Shown one piece after another: positions 31,011-40,730 of a stretch of 64,000 bases of DNA. Numbering within the stretch: the first letter of the stretch is position 1; each line of letters begins with the position of its first letter. The DNA is taken from the NCBI GenBank assembly GCA_038231275.1, contig JBBRLQ010000008.1:32001-96000 (forward strand), read 5' to 3'. The notes under the pieces are model-generated. The model was not told the origin of the DNA, searched no databases, and worked only from the letters and a program-made list of their open reading frames with translations. The DNA comes from Polyangiales bacterium (lineage in GTDB: Bacteria > Myxococcota_A > Polyangia > Polyangiales > Polyangiaceae). A program made the position numbers and the translations under genes.

Positions 31011-31597
31011 GGATCGAGGCGCTGACGACGGCGCACCTCGGCGCGTTCGAGGCGCTCTTCCGGAGCAGCGACAGCGCGTGCTTCTGCCGGTACTGGCACT
31101 TCACCGGCGACAAGAACGCGTGGCTCGAGCGGTGCGCGCTCTCGCCCGACGACAGCCTTCGCGAGCAACGTTACGCGGTGGCCCTCGCCAAGGACGAGGC
31201 GCGCGGTCTCCTCGCCTTCGATGCGGATGGAGATGGCGCAGGAGACCCTGCGATCGGGTGGATGAAGCTCACGCCGCGCGCGTCCGTCCCGAAGCTGCGC
31301 GGCTTGCCCGTATACCGCGCGCTCGACCTCGGGCCCGACGACGGCGTCTTCGCGATCGGATGTTTCCTCGTTCACCCCGCTCACCGCGGGCGGGGCGTCG
31401 CGCGCACGCTCCTCGCCGCCGCCGACGCCCACGTCCGCGGATGGGGTGGCCGCGCGATCGAGGCCTACCCGCGCCGCACGACCGAGCCGATGCACCCCGA
31501 GCAGGCGATGCAAGGCCCCCTCGGCACCTTCTTGGCGCAGGGGTACGTCGAAATCGGCGGCGAACCCCCCTACCCGGTCCTCCGCAAGCTCCTCTGA
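31007..31597 (+). CDS. GNAT family N-acetyltransferase
   Basis: CFCRYW, CFLVHPAHRGRGVA acetyl-CoA motif, IEAYP; ATGA overlap with gatA. Confidence 0.8.
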   Translation: MRIEALTTAHLGAFEALFRSSDSACFCRYWHFTGDKNAWLERCALSPDDSLREQRYAVALAKDEARGLLAFDADGDGAGDPAIGWMKLTPRASVPKLRGLPVYRALDLGPDDGVFAIGCFLVHPAHRGRGVARTLLAAADAHVRGWGGRAIEAYPRRTTEPMHPEQAMQGPLGTFLAQGYVEIGGEPPYPVLRKLL

Positions 31598-31606
31598 CAT
31601 GCCACA

Positions 31607-33055
31607 ATGCGCGGCATGCGCCTGCGCGTGCTTCCCCTCGCCTTCGCCGTCCTCCCCCTCGCCTTCGCCGCGTGCTCCTCCAAAAAGGACACCGACGGCA
31701 CACCTCCGGTCGCCGACGCGGGGCCGTACAGCTACACGCCGACCGGCTGCGCGTACACGGTCACGTCGGTCCTCGCGCGCGGCTACACCGACTCGCAGGC
31801 GGACGGAAAGGCTTCGGGAACGCCGAAGCGTGTGCGTGTCGGCATCGGCGGAGGCACCAAAGCGGGCGCCGCCGGGTACGCAGATCCGTCGACGAGCGCG
31901 GTCTTCACCTGGGAGACCCAGGAGGTCGCGAGCGCCGCGAAGGTCCGGCTCGGCACGAGCCCCACCGCGCTCACCGACGTGCACGCGGGCTACTCGTGGA
32001 CCACGCCGCCTCCCGCCGCCGGCTTCGGCGCCAACGAGCCAGGCGCCAGCATGCACGAGGTTCACGTCTGCGGCCTGACGCCAGGCACGACGTACTATTA
32101 CCAAGTCGGCGGCGGCACCCCCGAGGTGTGGAGCGATCCGCAACAGATCACGACGGTTCCCAAAACCGGCAAGGTCACGATCGGTCTCTCCGGCGACTCG
32201 CGCGACTCCTCTGACATCTTCCAGGCCCTACAAACGCGCATGCGCGATCAGGCCGTGAGCCTCCAGCTCTTCAGCGGCGATCTCCTCCTCTATGGGACGC
32301 AGCAGTCGCTCTACGCGTCGTTCCTCGACAAGGCGTGGAAGGATCCGAGCGGCAAGCTCCTCACGCTCGGCCAGCAGATGATGGTGGTGGTGCCCGGCAA
32401 CCACGAGAACGACTCGGTGCAGTTCTTCGGCAACTTCTCGCTCCCAGGGGACGGACCCAACGCCGAGACGTACGGATCGTTCGACGCCGGGGGCGCGCAC
32501 ATCGCCGTCCTCGACGACCAGTCGCTCGCCGAAGGACCCACCTCCGATACGTCGAAGGAGCAGCTCGCCTGGCTCGACGACGATCTCGCGAAGGCCGACG
32601 CGAACCGCGCCGCCGTGCCCTTCCTGCTCGTCCTGCACCACCGCGGCGAGATGTCGACATCGAACCACGGGACGGACGGCGACGTCGTGCGCGTCAAGAA
32701 CGAGCTCGTGCCGGTCTGGGACAAGCACCACGTCGATCTCGTCCTCAACGGTCACGATCACAACTACGAGCGGAGCAAGCCCCTCACCGGCCCGGCGTCG
32801 GCGCCGACGGTGCAGACCTCCGCGACCGCCGGCACGACGTACATCGTATGCGCCGGCGCGGGCGCGAGCAGCTACAGCCCCGGCGGCACGCCCGTCGCGA
32901 CCCGCGAGAAGAACGTCGGCTTCGGCGGCTCGACCGGATATTCCGGCGTCTACGCGATCCTCTCGGTCGAGGGCCGCAAGCTTCATTTCTCGGCCTACGG
33001 GCTCAAAGGCGTCGCGCCGGACGACGAGATCGACTCCTTCGACCTGAGCCGCTGA
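31607..33055 (+). CDS. Purple acid phosphatase-like metallophosphoesterase lipoprotein with FN3-like N-domain
   Basis: FAAC lipobox; GLTPGTTYYYQVG; GDSR, GDLLLY, GNHE, VLHH, GHDHNYERS. Confidence 0.85.
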   Translation: MRGMRLRVLPLAFAVLPLAFAACSSKKDTDGTPPVADAGPYSYTPTGCAYTVTSVLARGYTDSQADGKASGTPKRVRVGIGGGTKAGAAGYADPSTSAVFTWETQEVASAAKVRLGTSPTALTDVHAGYSWTTPPPAAGFGANEPGASMHEVHVCGLTPGTTYYYQVGGGTPEVWSDPQQITTVPKTGKVTIGLSGDSRDSSDIFQALQTRMRDQAVSLQLFSGDLLLYGTQQSLYASFLDKAWKDPSGKLLTLGQQMMVVVPGNHENDSVQFFGNFSLPGDGPNAETYGSFDAGGAHIAVLDDQSLAEGPTSDTSKEQLAWLDDDLAKADANRAAVPFLLVLHHRGEMSTSNHGTDGDVVRVKNELVPVWDKHHVDLVLNGHDHNYERSKPLTGPASAPTVQTSATAGTTYIVCAGAGASSYSPGGTPVATREKNVGFGGSTGYSGVYAILSVEGRKLHFSAYGLKGVAPDDEIDSFDLSR

Positions 33056-33112
33056 CCGCGCCGTGCGACGAACAGGTGACGTGGGCGCCCTGTTCCGACT
33101 AGTCTGCCCGGC

Positions 33113-33736
33113 ATGTTCGGTCCCAAGAACAGAGACCACGTCTTCTTCGACGCGTTCACCGCCCACGCGCAGAAGAGCGTCGAGGCCGCGAAGATGCTCG
33201 TCGAGATGCTCGAGCACCCCGACAAGGCGTCCGAGCTGGCCACCAAGATCACCGAGGCCGAGAACCGCGGCGACCGGCTCACGCACGAGACCGTACGCAA
33301 GCTCCACGAGACGTGGATCACGCCGCTCGACCGCAACGACATCCACCTGCTCATTACGCGCATGGATGACGTGCTCGACCTCATCGAGGCGGTGAGCGAG
33401 CGCGTGCTCCTGTTCGAGCTCACCGAGGTGCGACCTCTCGCGGTCGACATCGCAAAGGTGCTCGTCCGCTCGTGCGAGAAGCTGCACAAGGCGATGCTGC
33501 TCCTCCCGGGCCTCAAGCAACCGAACGAGCTCCTCGAGATCTGCATCGAAGTGAACCAGCTCGAGAACGACGCCGACGGCATCTACCGCCACGCGATCGC
33601 CGAGCTGTTCAAGTCCGGCACGGATCCGATCGTCGTCATGAAGTGGCGCGACATCTACGACAACCTCGAGTCGGCGACCGATCGCTGCGAGGACGTCGCG
33701 AACATCGTCGAAGGGGTCGTTCTCGAGTACGCGTGA
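33113..33736 (+). CDS. DUF47 / PhoU-like phosphate transport accessory protein
   Basis: ENRGD, ITPLDRNDI, DDVLD, ENDAD, LESATDRCEDVAN; coupled to a Pit transporter. Confidence 0.9.
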   Translation: MFGPKNRDHVFFDAFTAHAQKSVEAAKMLVEMLEHPDKASELATKITEAENRGDRLTHETVRKLHETWITPLDRNDIHLLITRMDDVLDLIEAVSERVLLFELTEVRPLAVDIAKVLVRSCEKLHKAMLLLPGLKQPNELLEICIEVNQLENDADGIYRHAIAELFKSGTDPIVVMKWRDIYDNLESATDRCEDVANIVEGVVLEYA

Positions 33737-34743
33737 TGGGAACCCTCGTCCTCATCATCGCGCTCGCGCTCGCGTTCGACTACATCAACGGCTTCCACGA
33801 CGCCGCGAACTCGATCGCCACGGTCGTCTCGACCCGCGTGCTCAGCCCGCGCAAGGCCGTCCTCTGGGCGGCGTTCTTCAACTTCATCGCGTTCCTCGTC
33901 TTCAGCACACACGTCGCCGGGAACATCGCCAAGGGCGTCGACCCGCACGTCGTCACGCTCGGCCTGGTCGGCGCGGGCCTCACCGGCGCCATCGTTTGGG
34001 ACCTGCTCACGTGGTGGTGGGGCCTGCCGACGTCGTCGTCGCACGCGCTCCTCGGCGGCATCGCCGGCGCGGCAGTGGTGAAGGCGGGCTTCGGCTGCCT
34101 GGACGCGCCTTTCTTCCAGAAGACGGCGCTCTTCATCGTCCTCTCGCCGCTCATCGGCGGCGTCCTCGGCTACCTCACGATGAAGCTGACCGAGATCCTG
34201 CTCGGCCATCGCCCGACGCGCCAGATCGACAGGTGGTTCCGTCGGCTGCAGCTGCTGTCGGCGTCGCTCTACTCGCTCGGCCACGGCGGCAACGACGCGC
34301 AAAAGACGATGGGCATCATCGTCGCCGCGCTCGTCGCCGCAGGCCAGCTCGCGCCGGGCACCAAGTCGCATCCGACCGACGTGCCCTTCTGGGTCGTCCT
34401 CCTCTGCCACACGGCGATGGGGCTCGGCACATTGACCGGAGGGTGGCGCATCGTGAAGACGATGGGCATGAAGATCACCAAGCTCCAGCCGGTCGGCGGC
34501 TTTTGCGCCGAGACCGGTGGCGCGGTCACGCTCTTCACGGCCACCGCGCTAGGCATCCCCGTCTCCACGACGCACACGATCACGGGCGCGATCGTCGGCG
34601 TGGGGAGCACGCGCCAGCTGAGCGCGGTCAGGTGGGGCGTCGCGGGGCGGATCGTGTGGGCGTGGGTCCTCACAGTCCCCGGTGCCGCCGCGATCGCCGC
34701 GCTCACGTACTACTTCCTCAAGTGGTGCGGCGTCCCGGTCTGA
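33736..34743 (+). CDS. Inorganic phosphate transporter (PiT family)
   Basis: NGFHDAAN, PTSSSHA, HGGNDAQK, PVSTTH signatures. Confidence 0.95.
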   Translation: MGTLVLIIALALAFDYINGFHDAANSIATVVSTRVLSPRKAVLWAAFFNFIAFLVFSTHVAGNIAKGVDPHVVTLGLVGAGLTGAIVWDLLTWWWGLPTSSSHALLGGIAGAAVVKAGFGCLDAPFFQKTALFIVLSPLIGGVLGYLTMKLTEILLGHRPTRQIDRWFRRLQLLSASLYSLGHGGNDAQKTMGIIVAALVAAGQLAPGTKSHPTDVPFWVVLLCHTAMGLGTLTGGWRIVKTMGMKITKLQPVGGFCAETGGAVTLFTATALGIPVSTTHTITGAIVGVGSTRQLSAVRWGVAGRIVWAWVLTVPGAAAIAALTYYFLKWCGVPV

Positions 34744-34765
34744 CGGCGCGCGGCCACGAGCGTGA

Positions 34766-35761
34766 CTACGGCTCTTTCGAGGCGCCGCGCTCCTTCGTGC
34801 TCGAGAAATAGGCGACCTTGCGTGCGCGCATCATGCCGCCGAGCGGCGTGTGCTCGACGAGCGCGTGCCAAGGATCGAAGCTCATCGCCTCGACCGCGGC
34901 GGCGAGCGCCTTTCCTTCGTCGCTCGCGAGATCCTGCGAAGGGATCGTGAGCCGACCGACAGCGACGTACGGCGTACTCCAGTCGACAGAGGCGTCCTCG
35001 ATCGGCGTCGTCGCCTCGGACTCGAAGAACTGGAGGCGTAGATCGTAGGCGAGCTCGCCTCTCGAGAGGCGCGCGCGCAGATCCTCGGCGAGGTAGTCGC
35101 GTCCTCGGCCGTCGGGGAGGGCCGCGTCCTTCGCTTGGCATGGTGCGAACGCGATTCGCGCCGCGTGGGGACCGATACGGATCGGCAGGGCGCTGTAGAA
35201 CGTAGTCCCCGCGAGCGAGGCGACCGGCTTGCCGGCGGTGCGCGCGAGGGCGCCGAGCACCTGGAACGTGCGAAAGAGGCCGAGCGCACCGAGGAGACGG
35301 AACGGCAGCGACGCCGGGCTCTCCGCCGCGCGCACGAAGGCCATGAACTCGTCGGCGGTCCGGAACGGGGTGGACGACGACTGGATCGCCAGAAAATCCT
35401 GGGTGGTCGCGTCCTCGAGGCCGGGCAGGATCTTCTTGCCGGGAACGCCGAGGAGCTTCACCGCGATGCCGCGCACGTCGCCCGCCTTGTCCGACTGGCG
35501 CTTGCCCGAGCCGTTCGACCACCGCACCCTCGCGTCGAACGTGCGCGCCTCCGCGAAGACGCCGTGCTTCGCGTGCGCCGGCACATCCGCATGAATCGCG
35601 AGCGTCGCGCGCACGCCGGAGTGCCCCTTCGCGTGGAGCGCACGCGCCGCGGTGCCGCTGGCGGCGTGCTTCATCTGAAGCGCGTGGAGCTGCTGGGAGT
35701 ACGCCGCAAAGCGCGTGGCCTCCCCCTCGGGGACCGTCTCTTTCCAATCGGTGCTCGCCAT
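34766..35761 (-). CDS. Catalase-related heme protein (short catalase-like domain)
   Basis: RALHAKGH (distal His), VRWSNG, DVRGIAVK, QDFL, TPIEDASVDW, RKVAY (proximal Tyr); about 331 aa. Confidence 0.78.
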   Translation of the reverse strand: MASTDWKETVPEGEATRFAAYSQQLHALQMKHAASGTAARALHAKGHSGVRATLAIHADVPAHAKHGVFAEARTFDARVRWSNGSGKRQSDKAGDVRGIAVKLLGVPGKKILPGLEDATTQDFLAIQSSSTPFRTADEFMAFVRAAESPASLPFRLLGALGLFRTFQVLGALARTAGKPVASLAGTTFYSALPIRIGPHAARIAFAPCQAKDAALPDGRGRDYLAEDLRARLSRGELAYDLRLQFFESEATTPIEDASVDWSTPYVAVGRLTIPSQDLASDEGKALAAAVEAMSFDPWHALVEHTPLGGMMRARKVAYFSSTKERGASKEP

Positions 35762-35839
35762 GGCGCGGGAGCATAGCCCCGATACTTTCCGCCAACGTTG
35801 GCAGAAGCCCCGACTTACAGCGTAAACCTGCGCTGTAGC

Positions 35840-36979
35840 ATGGAGCCGGTACGCCTGACGACGTGGACGTTCGCCGCATCGCTGCTCCTGACGGGCTGCG
35901 CTTCGATCCTCGGCGCAGACTTCGATCGCCCAGGCGCGTCCTCGAGCGACGACGACGCAGGGTTCGGGTCGGGGTCGGGGTCGGGGTCCGGGTCGGGGTC
36001 GGGATCCGGGTCCGGGTCCGGGTCGGGGTCGGGATCCGGGTCCGGGTCCGGGTCGGGGTCCGGGTCGGGGTCCGGGTCGGATTCGGGGTCGGGGTCCGGG
36101 TCCGGGTCGGATTCGGGGTCGGCGTCGGATTCTCCAAGCGGCGGCGGCGGCGTCTTCCTCTTCGGCGGCGACGGCCCCACCACGATCTTCGACGACACGT
36201 GGCGCTTCGACGGCGCGACCTGGACCCAACGCAACATCACCGGCCCCGGCAAACGCTACGGCGCGTCGATGGCGCGGCTCGGAAACAAACTCGTCCTCTT
36301 CGGCGGCAGCGGCTACGCGAACCAGAAGCTCGGCGACACGTGGGAGTTCGACGGCACCGCGTGGGCGAAGGTCGCCGACGGCGGTCCCAGCGCGCGCGCG
36401 TACGCCGCGATGGCGCGCATCGGCACCTCCCTCGTCCTCTTTGGCGGCGACGACGGCGCGATAGACCTCGGCGACACGTGGACGTGGGACGGCGCGCGCT
36501 GGACCCTCGCCGCGGCGACCGGACCGAGCCCGCGCGAGGACGCCGTCGCGACCGCGTTCGGGAGCGGCGTCGTCCTCTTCGGCGGCAGCCACCGCTCGGC
36601 AGAATTTTACCGCGACACGTGGACGTGGAACGGCGCGGCGTGGATCCAAGCGAGCACGACGGGGCCCGGCCCGCGACGCGACGCCGCCCTCGCAGAAGCC
36701 GCGGGCGTGGTCGTCCTCTTCGGCGGATTCAGCGGGACGGGGTATTTCGACGACACGTGGAGCTGGAATGGCGCCGCCTGGTCGCAACTCTCGGCGACGG
36801 GCCCCGCGCCGCGCGCCGCTGCGTCCGCCACTTCCTGGAGCGGCGGCGTCATCCTCTTCGGTGGCGTCAACGATTCGGGCTACCTCGGCGACGCGTGGCG
36901 ATGGAACGGCGCGGCGTGGACGACCGCCGGCGGCGCCGGCCCCGATCCGCGAAGCCTCGTCGCGATGGGCGCGCTCTGA
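35840..36979 (+). CDS. Kelch-repeat beta-propeller lipoprotein with long (GS)n linker
   Basis: LTGC lipobox; six VLFGG...DTW.WDG..W repeats. Confidence 0.85.
   Translation: MEPVRLTTWTFAASLLLTGCASILGADFDRPGASSSDDDAGFGSGSGSGSGSGSGSGSGSGSGSGSGSGSGSGSGSGSGSDSGSGSGSGSDSGSASDSPSGGGGVFLFGGDGPTTIFDDTWRFDGATWTQRNITGPGKRYGASMARLGNKLVLFGGSGYANQKLGDTWEFDGTAWAKVADGGPSARAYAAMARIGTSLVLFGGDDGAIDLGDTWTWDGARWTLAAATGPSPREDAVATAFGSGVVLFGGSHRSAEFYRDTWTWNGAAWIQASTTGPGPRRDAALAEAAGVVVLFGGFSGTGYFDDTWSWNGAAWSQLSATGPAPRAAASATSWSGGVILFGGVNDSGYLGDAWRWNGAAWTTAGGAGPDPRSLVAMGAL
35966..36120. repeat. Hexanucleotide tandem repeat (GGGTCG/GGGTCC) encoding (GS)n
   Basis: About 26 units visible directly in the sequence. Confidence 0.9.
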
Positions 36980-36986
36980 TTCCGTG

Positions 36987-38153
36987 TCAGAACGTCGCGA
37001 CCGCGCCGAGGTGAAAGCTCACCTCACGCGTGTGACCTCGCTCGTCGCGATCCGAGAACCCCCACACCTCCGTCGACGCCTTGAGCCGCACGTTGTCGTC
37101 GATCGCGAACGCGGTCCCCAAGGTCGCCCGGCCCACCGAGCTCCGTGACGCGAGCGCCGAGCCGACGACGACGTTTCCCACGCGGTACATGCCGTCCACC
37201 CGCACGATGAGATCGAGCGCGCTCGTGAGCGGCTGCTCGATCTCGGCGTACGCCCCGTGCTTCACGAAGAAATCGCCGCCCGACTGCGGGACCTGATACC
37301 GAAACCGCGTCGGGTCCGACGCGTCGAACGCTTGCCGCCGCACGAGGTACTCGAAGCGGAGCGACGTGCGATCGAGGCGGAAGCTCAGATCGCCGCCAAT
37401 GATCGTGTACGTGAGGAGGTTGTCGGGATCGAAGGTGCCGTGCATGCCGCTGGCGCCGATCGTCATGTCGGACGTCGGCGTGAACTTCGCGGTGAGCGCC
37501 GCGCGACCGCCCACCGCGGGCCGCGCGTTGTTGTCGACGTAGTAGACGCTGCCTCCGCGCGACTGGGCGAAGTCGAGGTCTGAGCCGCTCGCGTCGGCCT
37601 TGAAGCCGCTGACGGCGTATGCGGCGTAGTCGATCTGCACGACGTCCGCGAACCAGTGCGTTCCGTTCATCTCGACGCCGTCGTCGGGGAACGGGCTCGG
37701 CAGCACGCCCATGTTCCAGTCGCGCATGCGGAGCATCCGGCCCATGTCGTAGGGCAGCGGTTTGTCGCTCAGCTTGTGGTTGCCCGGATCGTGGCGCAGG
37801 TTGAACGATCCGAAGCTGGGGCTGAAGCGACCGATACGTACGTTTAGCTCGTCGACGGCGCGGAGATCGAAGTACGCCATGTCCGTCTCGAAGCCGTGGC
37901 AGCCGACGCAGACCTTGACGTTCGCCGAGACGTGCTCGCCGAGGTCCACGGCGAGCTTGAGCGACGCTTCTTTCGTGAATCCATCGAAGGTGAAGGCGTG
38001 CCCGTTGGCGTCCCGCTGCGACGGGACCAAGTGGTAGTCGAGCTGCGCCGAGCCGGAGAACGTTCGCTCGATCGCCTGCGCCGGCGCGCCCGTCGCGAGC
38101 AACGCAACGGCGATCGCCAGCACCTGCGCGAGGAGGAGGAAGGCGTGCTTCAC
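36987..38153 (-). CDS. Predicted outer-membrane beta-barrel (porin-like) protein containing a CxxCH motif
   Basis: Signal peptide ending AQA; alternating beta-strand pattern (LNVRIGRFSPSFG); C-terminal FHLGAVATF; CVGCH at 37896-37910; GTGA overlap. Confidence 0.7.
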   Translation of the reverse strand: MKHAFLLLAQVLAIAVALLATGAPAQAIERTFSGSAQLDYHLVPSQRDANGHAFTFDGFTKEASLKLAVDLGEHVSANVKVCVGCHGFETDMAYFDLRAVDELNVRIGRFSPSFGSFNLRHDPGNHKLSDKPLPYDMGRMLRMRDWNMGVLPSPFPDDGVEMNGTHWFADVVQIDYAAYAVSGFKADASGSDLDFAQSRGGSVYYVDNNARPAVGGRAALTAKFTPTSDMTIGASGMHGTFDPDNLLTYTIIGGDLSFRLDRTSLRFEYLVRRQAFDASDPTRFRYQVPQSGGDFFVKHGAYAEIEQPLTSALDLIVRVDGMYRVGNVVVGSALASRSSVGRATLGTAFAIDDNVRLKASTEVWGFSDRDERGHTREVSFHLGAVATF

Positions 38154-38500
38154 TTCTCGGCCTCGGCCTTCGCGTCGCGCTGGCGGCGCACGCGGACGTG
38201 GAGGTAGCGCAGGATCGCCTCGGCGTCGGTCACCGTGATCCCGCTCGCGGGCTGGCGTCGCATCCGCGTCACGTAGGCGACCCACTTCGCGTCGGTCTCG
38301 AAGCCGCTCTCGAGCGCGCGAGACAGCGCGTGGCACTTCGAGCAGCGTCGCTCGAAGATCGCGTAGTCCGCGTGGAGCTGAGCGGGATCCTCGGACGCGA
38401 GGAGGCTCGCCGGACGCGGTTTGGCGCTCGAGCAGCCGGACGCCATCACCAGCAGCGGCAGCGACAGCGACAGCGACAAGAGGAGGGCGCGCACGCTCAT
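38150..38500 (-). CDS. Monoheme c-type cytochrome lipoprotein
   Basis: ASGC lipobox; FERRCSKCH; downstream VTRM candidate axial Met; ATGA overlap. Confidence 0.8.
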   Translation of the reverse strand: MSVRALLLSLSLSLPLLVMASGCSSAKPRPASLLASEDPAQLHADYAIFERRCSKCHALSRALESGFETDAKWVAYVTRMRRQPASGITVTDAEAILRYLHVRVRRQRDAKAEAEK

Positions 38501-39027
38501 TCGTCGTCGGCTCCGATCGCGCCCTCGGCGATCCAGCGCTCGACGAGCGCGATGTCCGCGGGCTGCCAGTACGGTGGGCCGTCGCGCGGCATGCGGGCGC
38601 CGGACGGGAACGTTCCCAGCAGCTTCTGTGGCAGCTTCGAGTCCGTGGGATTTCGTGCGATCACGATGGCCGCGCCGGTGTTCGCGCCGCCGCGACGGAG
38701 CGCGCCCAGCGTCGCCAGATCGAGCCCCGTCGCGTCGAGGCCCGGGTGATCGCCCTGCGTCGAATAGTGACAGGCCTTGCACCCGTGACCGCTCGGATCG
38801 CGGTTCGATCGGTCCATCAACGGGCGAATGTCGAAGCGGAAGCTCACCGGTCGAAGCCCTCCCGTGTCACCGCCGCCGTCGGTCGCGCGGGACACGTCGG
38901 CGCCCGCGTCCACGAGCGGCGTCGTGCGGCCGGCGTCGTCGACGAGCTGACCGACGTTGGGATCGAAGAACCCGCAGCCCATCCCGACGAACGGAACACC
39001 CAGGATGACGGCGACGCGCACGGTCAC
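38497..39027 (-). CDS. Monoheme c-type cytochrome lipoprotein (planctomycete cytochrome c-like)
   Basis: GMGC lipobox; VSFRFDIRPL, CKACH, GLDL, RMP, WIAEGA; GTGA overlap with the kinase stop. Confidence 0.78.
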   Translation of the reverse strand: MTVRVAVILGVPFVGMGCGFFDPNVGQLVDDAGRTTPLVDAGADVSRATDGGGDTGGLRPVSFRFDIRPLMDRSNRDPSGHGCKACHYSTQGDHPGLDATGLDLATLGALRRGGANTGAAIVIARNPTDSKLPQKLLGTFPSGARMPRDGPPYWQPADIALVERWIAEGAIGADDE

Positions 39028-40730
39028 GTGCCCGAAAGCGTCAGCGCGATCTGCGCCGAGGCCGTCCCGGTGTCCGCGCTCGGCATCCGTCCGCCGAGGA
39101 GCTGCGACTCCACGCACCGCCGGAGCACCGGCGACGCGCCCGCCGGCGTCATCGTCGCGCTCACCACGCGCAGATCGTCGATCTTGAGGGTGACGAGGAC
39201 GGACGCGGGCGACGGCGACGCTCCGGACTTCAGCGCGGCGACGTAGCATCCGCGAAGATCCACGCGCGCGAGCGCGTTCGTCACGTCTCGCGTGGTGACG
39301 CGGACGACGTTGATCGAGTCGACGGCGACGCGCGCGTTTTTCAGATCGACGGCGGGCGGTGGTGCCGGCGCCGGCAGGGGTGCGGGCGTCGGCGTCTGTG
39401 CGGGCGTGGGCGTGACGGCAGGTGGGTCGGGCGCGACCGCCACCGGCGTCGGGCTCGGGATCGGCGAAGGCGAGCGCCCTCGCGCGCCTCGACTCGCGAC
39501 GCGACCCGTCGAGACGGGGACGATCGGCTCAGGCACGACCGGATCCGTCGTCGCAGGCGAGACCGGCGGAGGGGACGCGACGGGGATGTCGGGCGCGGTC
39601 GCCGCCGCGGTCACGGGAGGCGGCGCGACGCTCGCACGCGGACGCAAGGACCCCGCGAGCCCCGCGAGGCCGCCGATCAGGACGAGCAGCGGGGCCACGC
39701 GCCACCCCCGCGAGCCGCCTCCTCCTCGAGCCACCGGCGCGCCCGGCCGAACAGAGCTCGTCTTCTCCGGAAGATTCTCCGGAAGAAGCTCCTTCAGCTC
39801 GGCGCGCATCTCTCGCGCGCTCGCGTATCGCTCCGCAGGCTCGCGCCCCATCGCCTTCATGCAGATCCGCGCGAGCGCCGGGTTCACCTTCGGCCGCAGC
39901 TCCTGAGGCGGTTTCAAGACCCCCGTCATGTGCATCTGCGCGAGGATGCCCGGATCCGCGTGCTCGAACGGCAGCCGGTCGGTGAGCAGCTCGTACAGGA
40001 TGACCCCGAGCGAATAGAGGTCGCTGCGCGCGTCGAGCGGATCGCCGGCGGCCTGCTCGGGTGACATGTACGCAGGCGTGCCGAGGATGACACCGGCCTG
40101 CGTCAGCCTCCCGGGCACGCCGGGCATCTCCGACCCGTCGACGATGCTGCGGCGATCGCGCGCGCCCGCCGTGAAGACCTTGGCGATGCCGAAATCGCAG
40201 ACCTTGACGATCTCCTGGTGCCGCCCCTCGTCGTCGGTGCCGTGGACGAGGAGGATGTTCTCCGGCTTCAGATCGCGGTGCAAAATGCCCTGTTCGTGCG
40301 CGACCGCGATCGCCGCGAGGGCCTGGCTCAGGATCGACGCCATGCGCGCGTCGCGGAGCGGCCACTCCGGCATGACGTCGTGGAGCGAGCGACCCTCGAC
40401 GAACTCCATCGCGATGTAGAGGAGCCCGTCGTCCTCGCGACCGAAGTCGATCACGCGCGTCGAGTTGGGGTGATCGAGCTTGGACGCCGCCTTCGCCTCG
40501 ACCTCGAAGCGCTCGACGTAGCGGTGCGACGTCTCGAGCTCGCGGTTCAGGATCTTGATCGCGACGGTCTTCTCGAGCGCGACCTGCCGCGCGCGGTACA
40601 CCGTCCCCATCGCGCCGCTGCCGACCTTCGACTGGAGGGTGTACTTGCCTGCGATCGTCCGGCCGATCAGGGTGTCCGCCGCGGGGTCGTCTTGCGGGTC
40701 ACCATGAGGAGAGGACATCGGCGCGCTCAC
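39024..40730 (-). CDS. Membrane Ser/Thr kinase with Pro-rich linker and C-terminal TonB-C/AgmX-like domain
   Basis: GSGAMG, VAIK, HRDLKPEN, DFG, YMSPE; TM PLLVLIGGLAG; C-terminal LRGCY...LRRCV. Start is GTG 40730 or ATG 40718. Confidence 0.92.
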   Translation of the reverse strand: MSAPMSSPHGDPQDDPAADTLIGRTIAGKYTLQSKVGSGAMGTVYRARQVALEKTVAIKILNRELETSHRYVERFEVEAKAASKLDHPNSTRVIDFGREDDGLLYIAMEFVEGRSLHDVMPEWPLRDARMASILSQALAAIAVAHEQGILHRDLKPENILLVHGTDDEGRHQEIVKVCDFGIAKVFTAGARDRRSIVDGSEMPGVPGRLTQAGVILGTPAYMSPEQAAGDPLDARSDLYSLGVILYELLTDRLPFEHADPGILAQMHMTGVLKPPQELRPKVNPALARICMKAMGREPAERYASAREMRAELKELLPENLPEKTSSVRPGAPVARGGGGSRGWRVAPLLVLIGGLAGLAGSLRPRASVAPPPVTAAATAPDIPVASPPPVSPATTDPVVPEPIVPVSTGRVASRGARGRSPSPIPSPTPVAVAPDPPAVTPTPAQTPTPAPLPAPAPPPAVDLKNARVAVDSINVVRVTTRDVTNALARVDLRGCYVAALKSGASPSPASVLVTLKIDDLRVVSATMTPAGASPVLRRCVESQLLGGRMPSADTGTASAQIALTLSGT

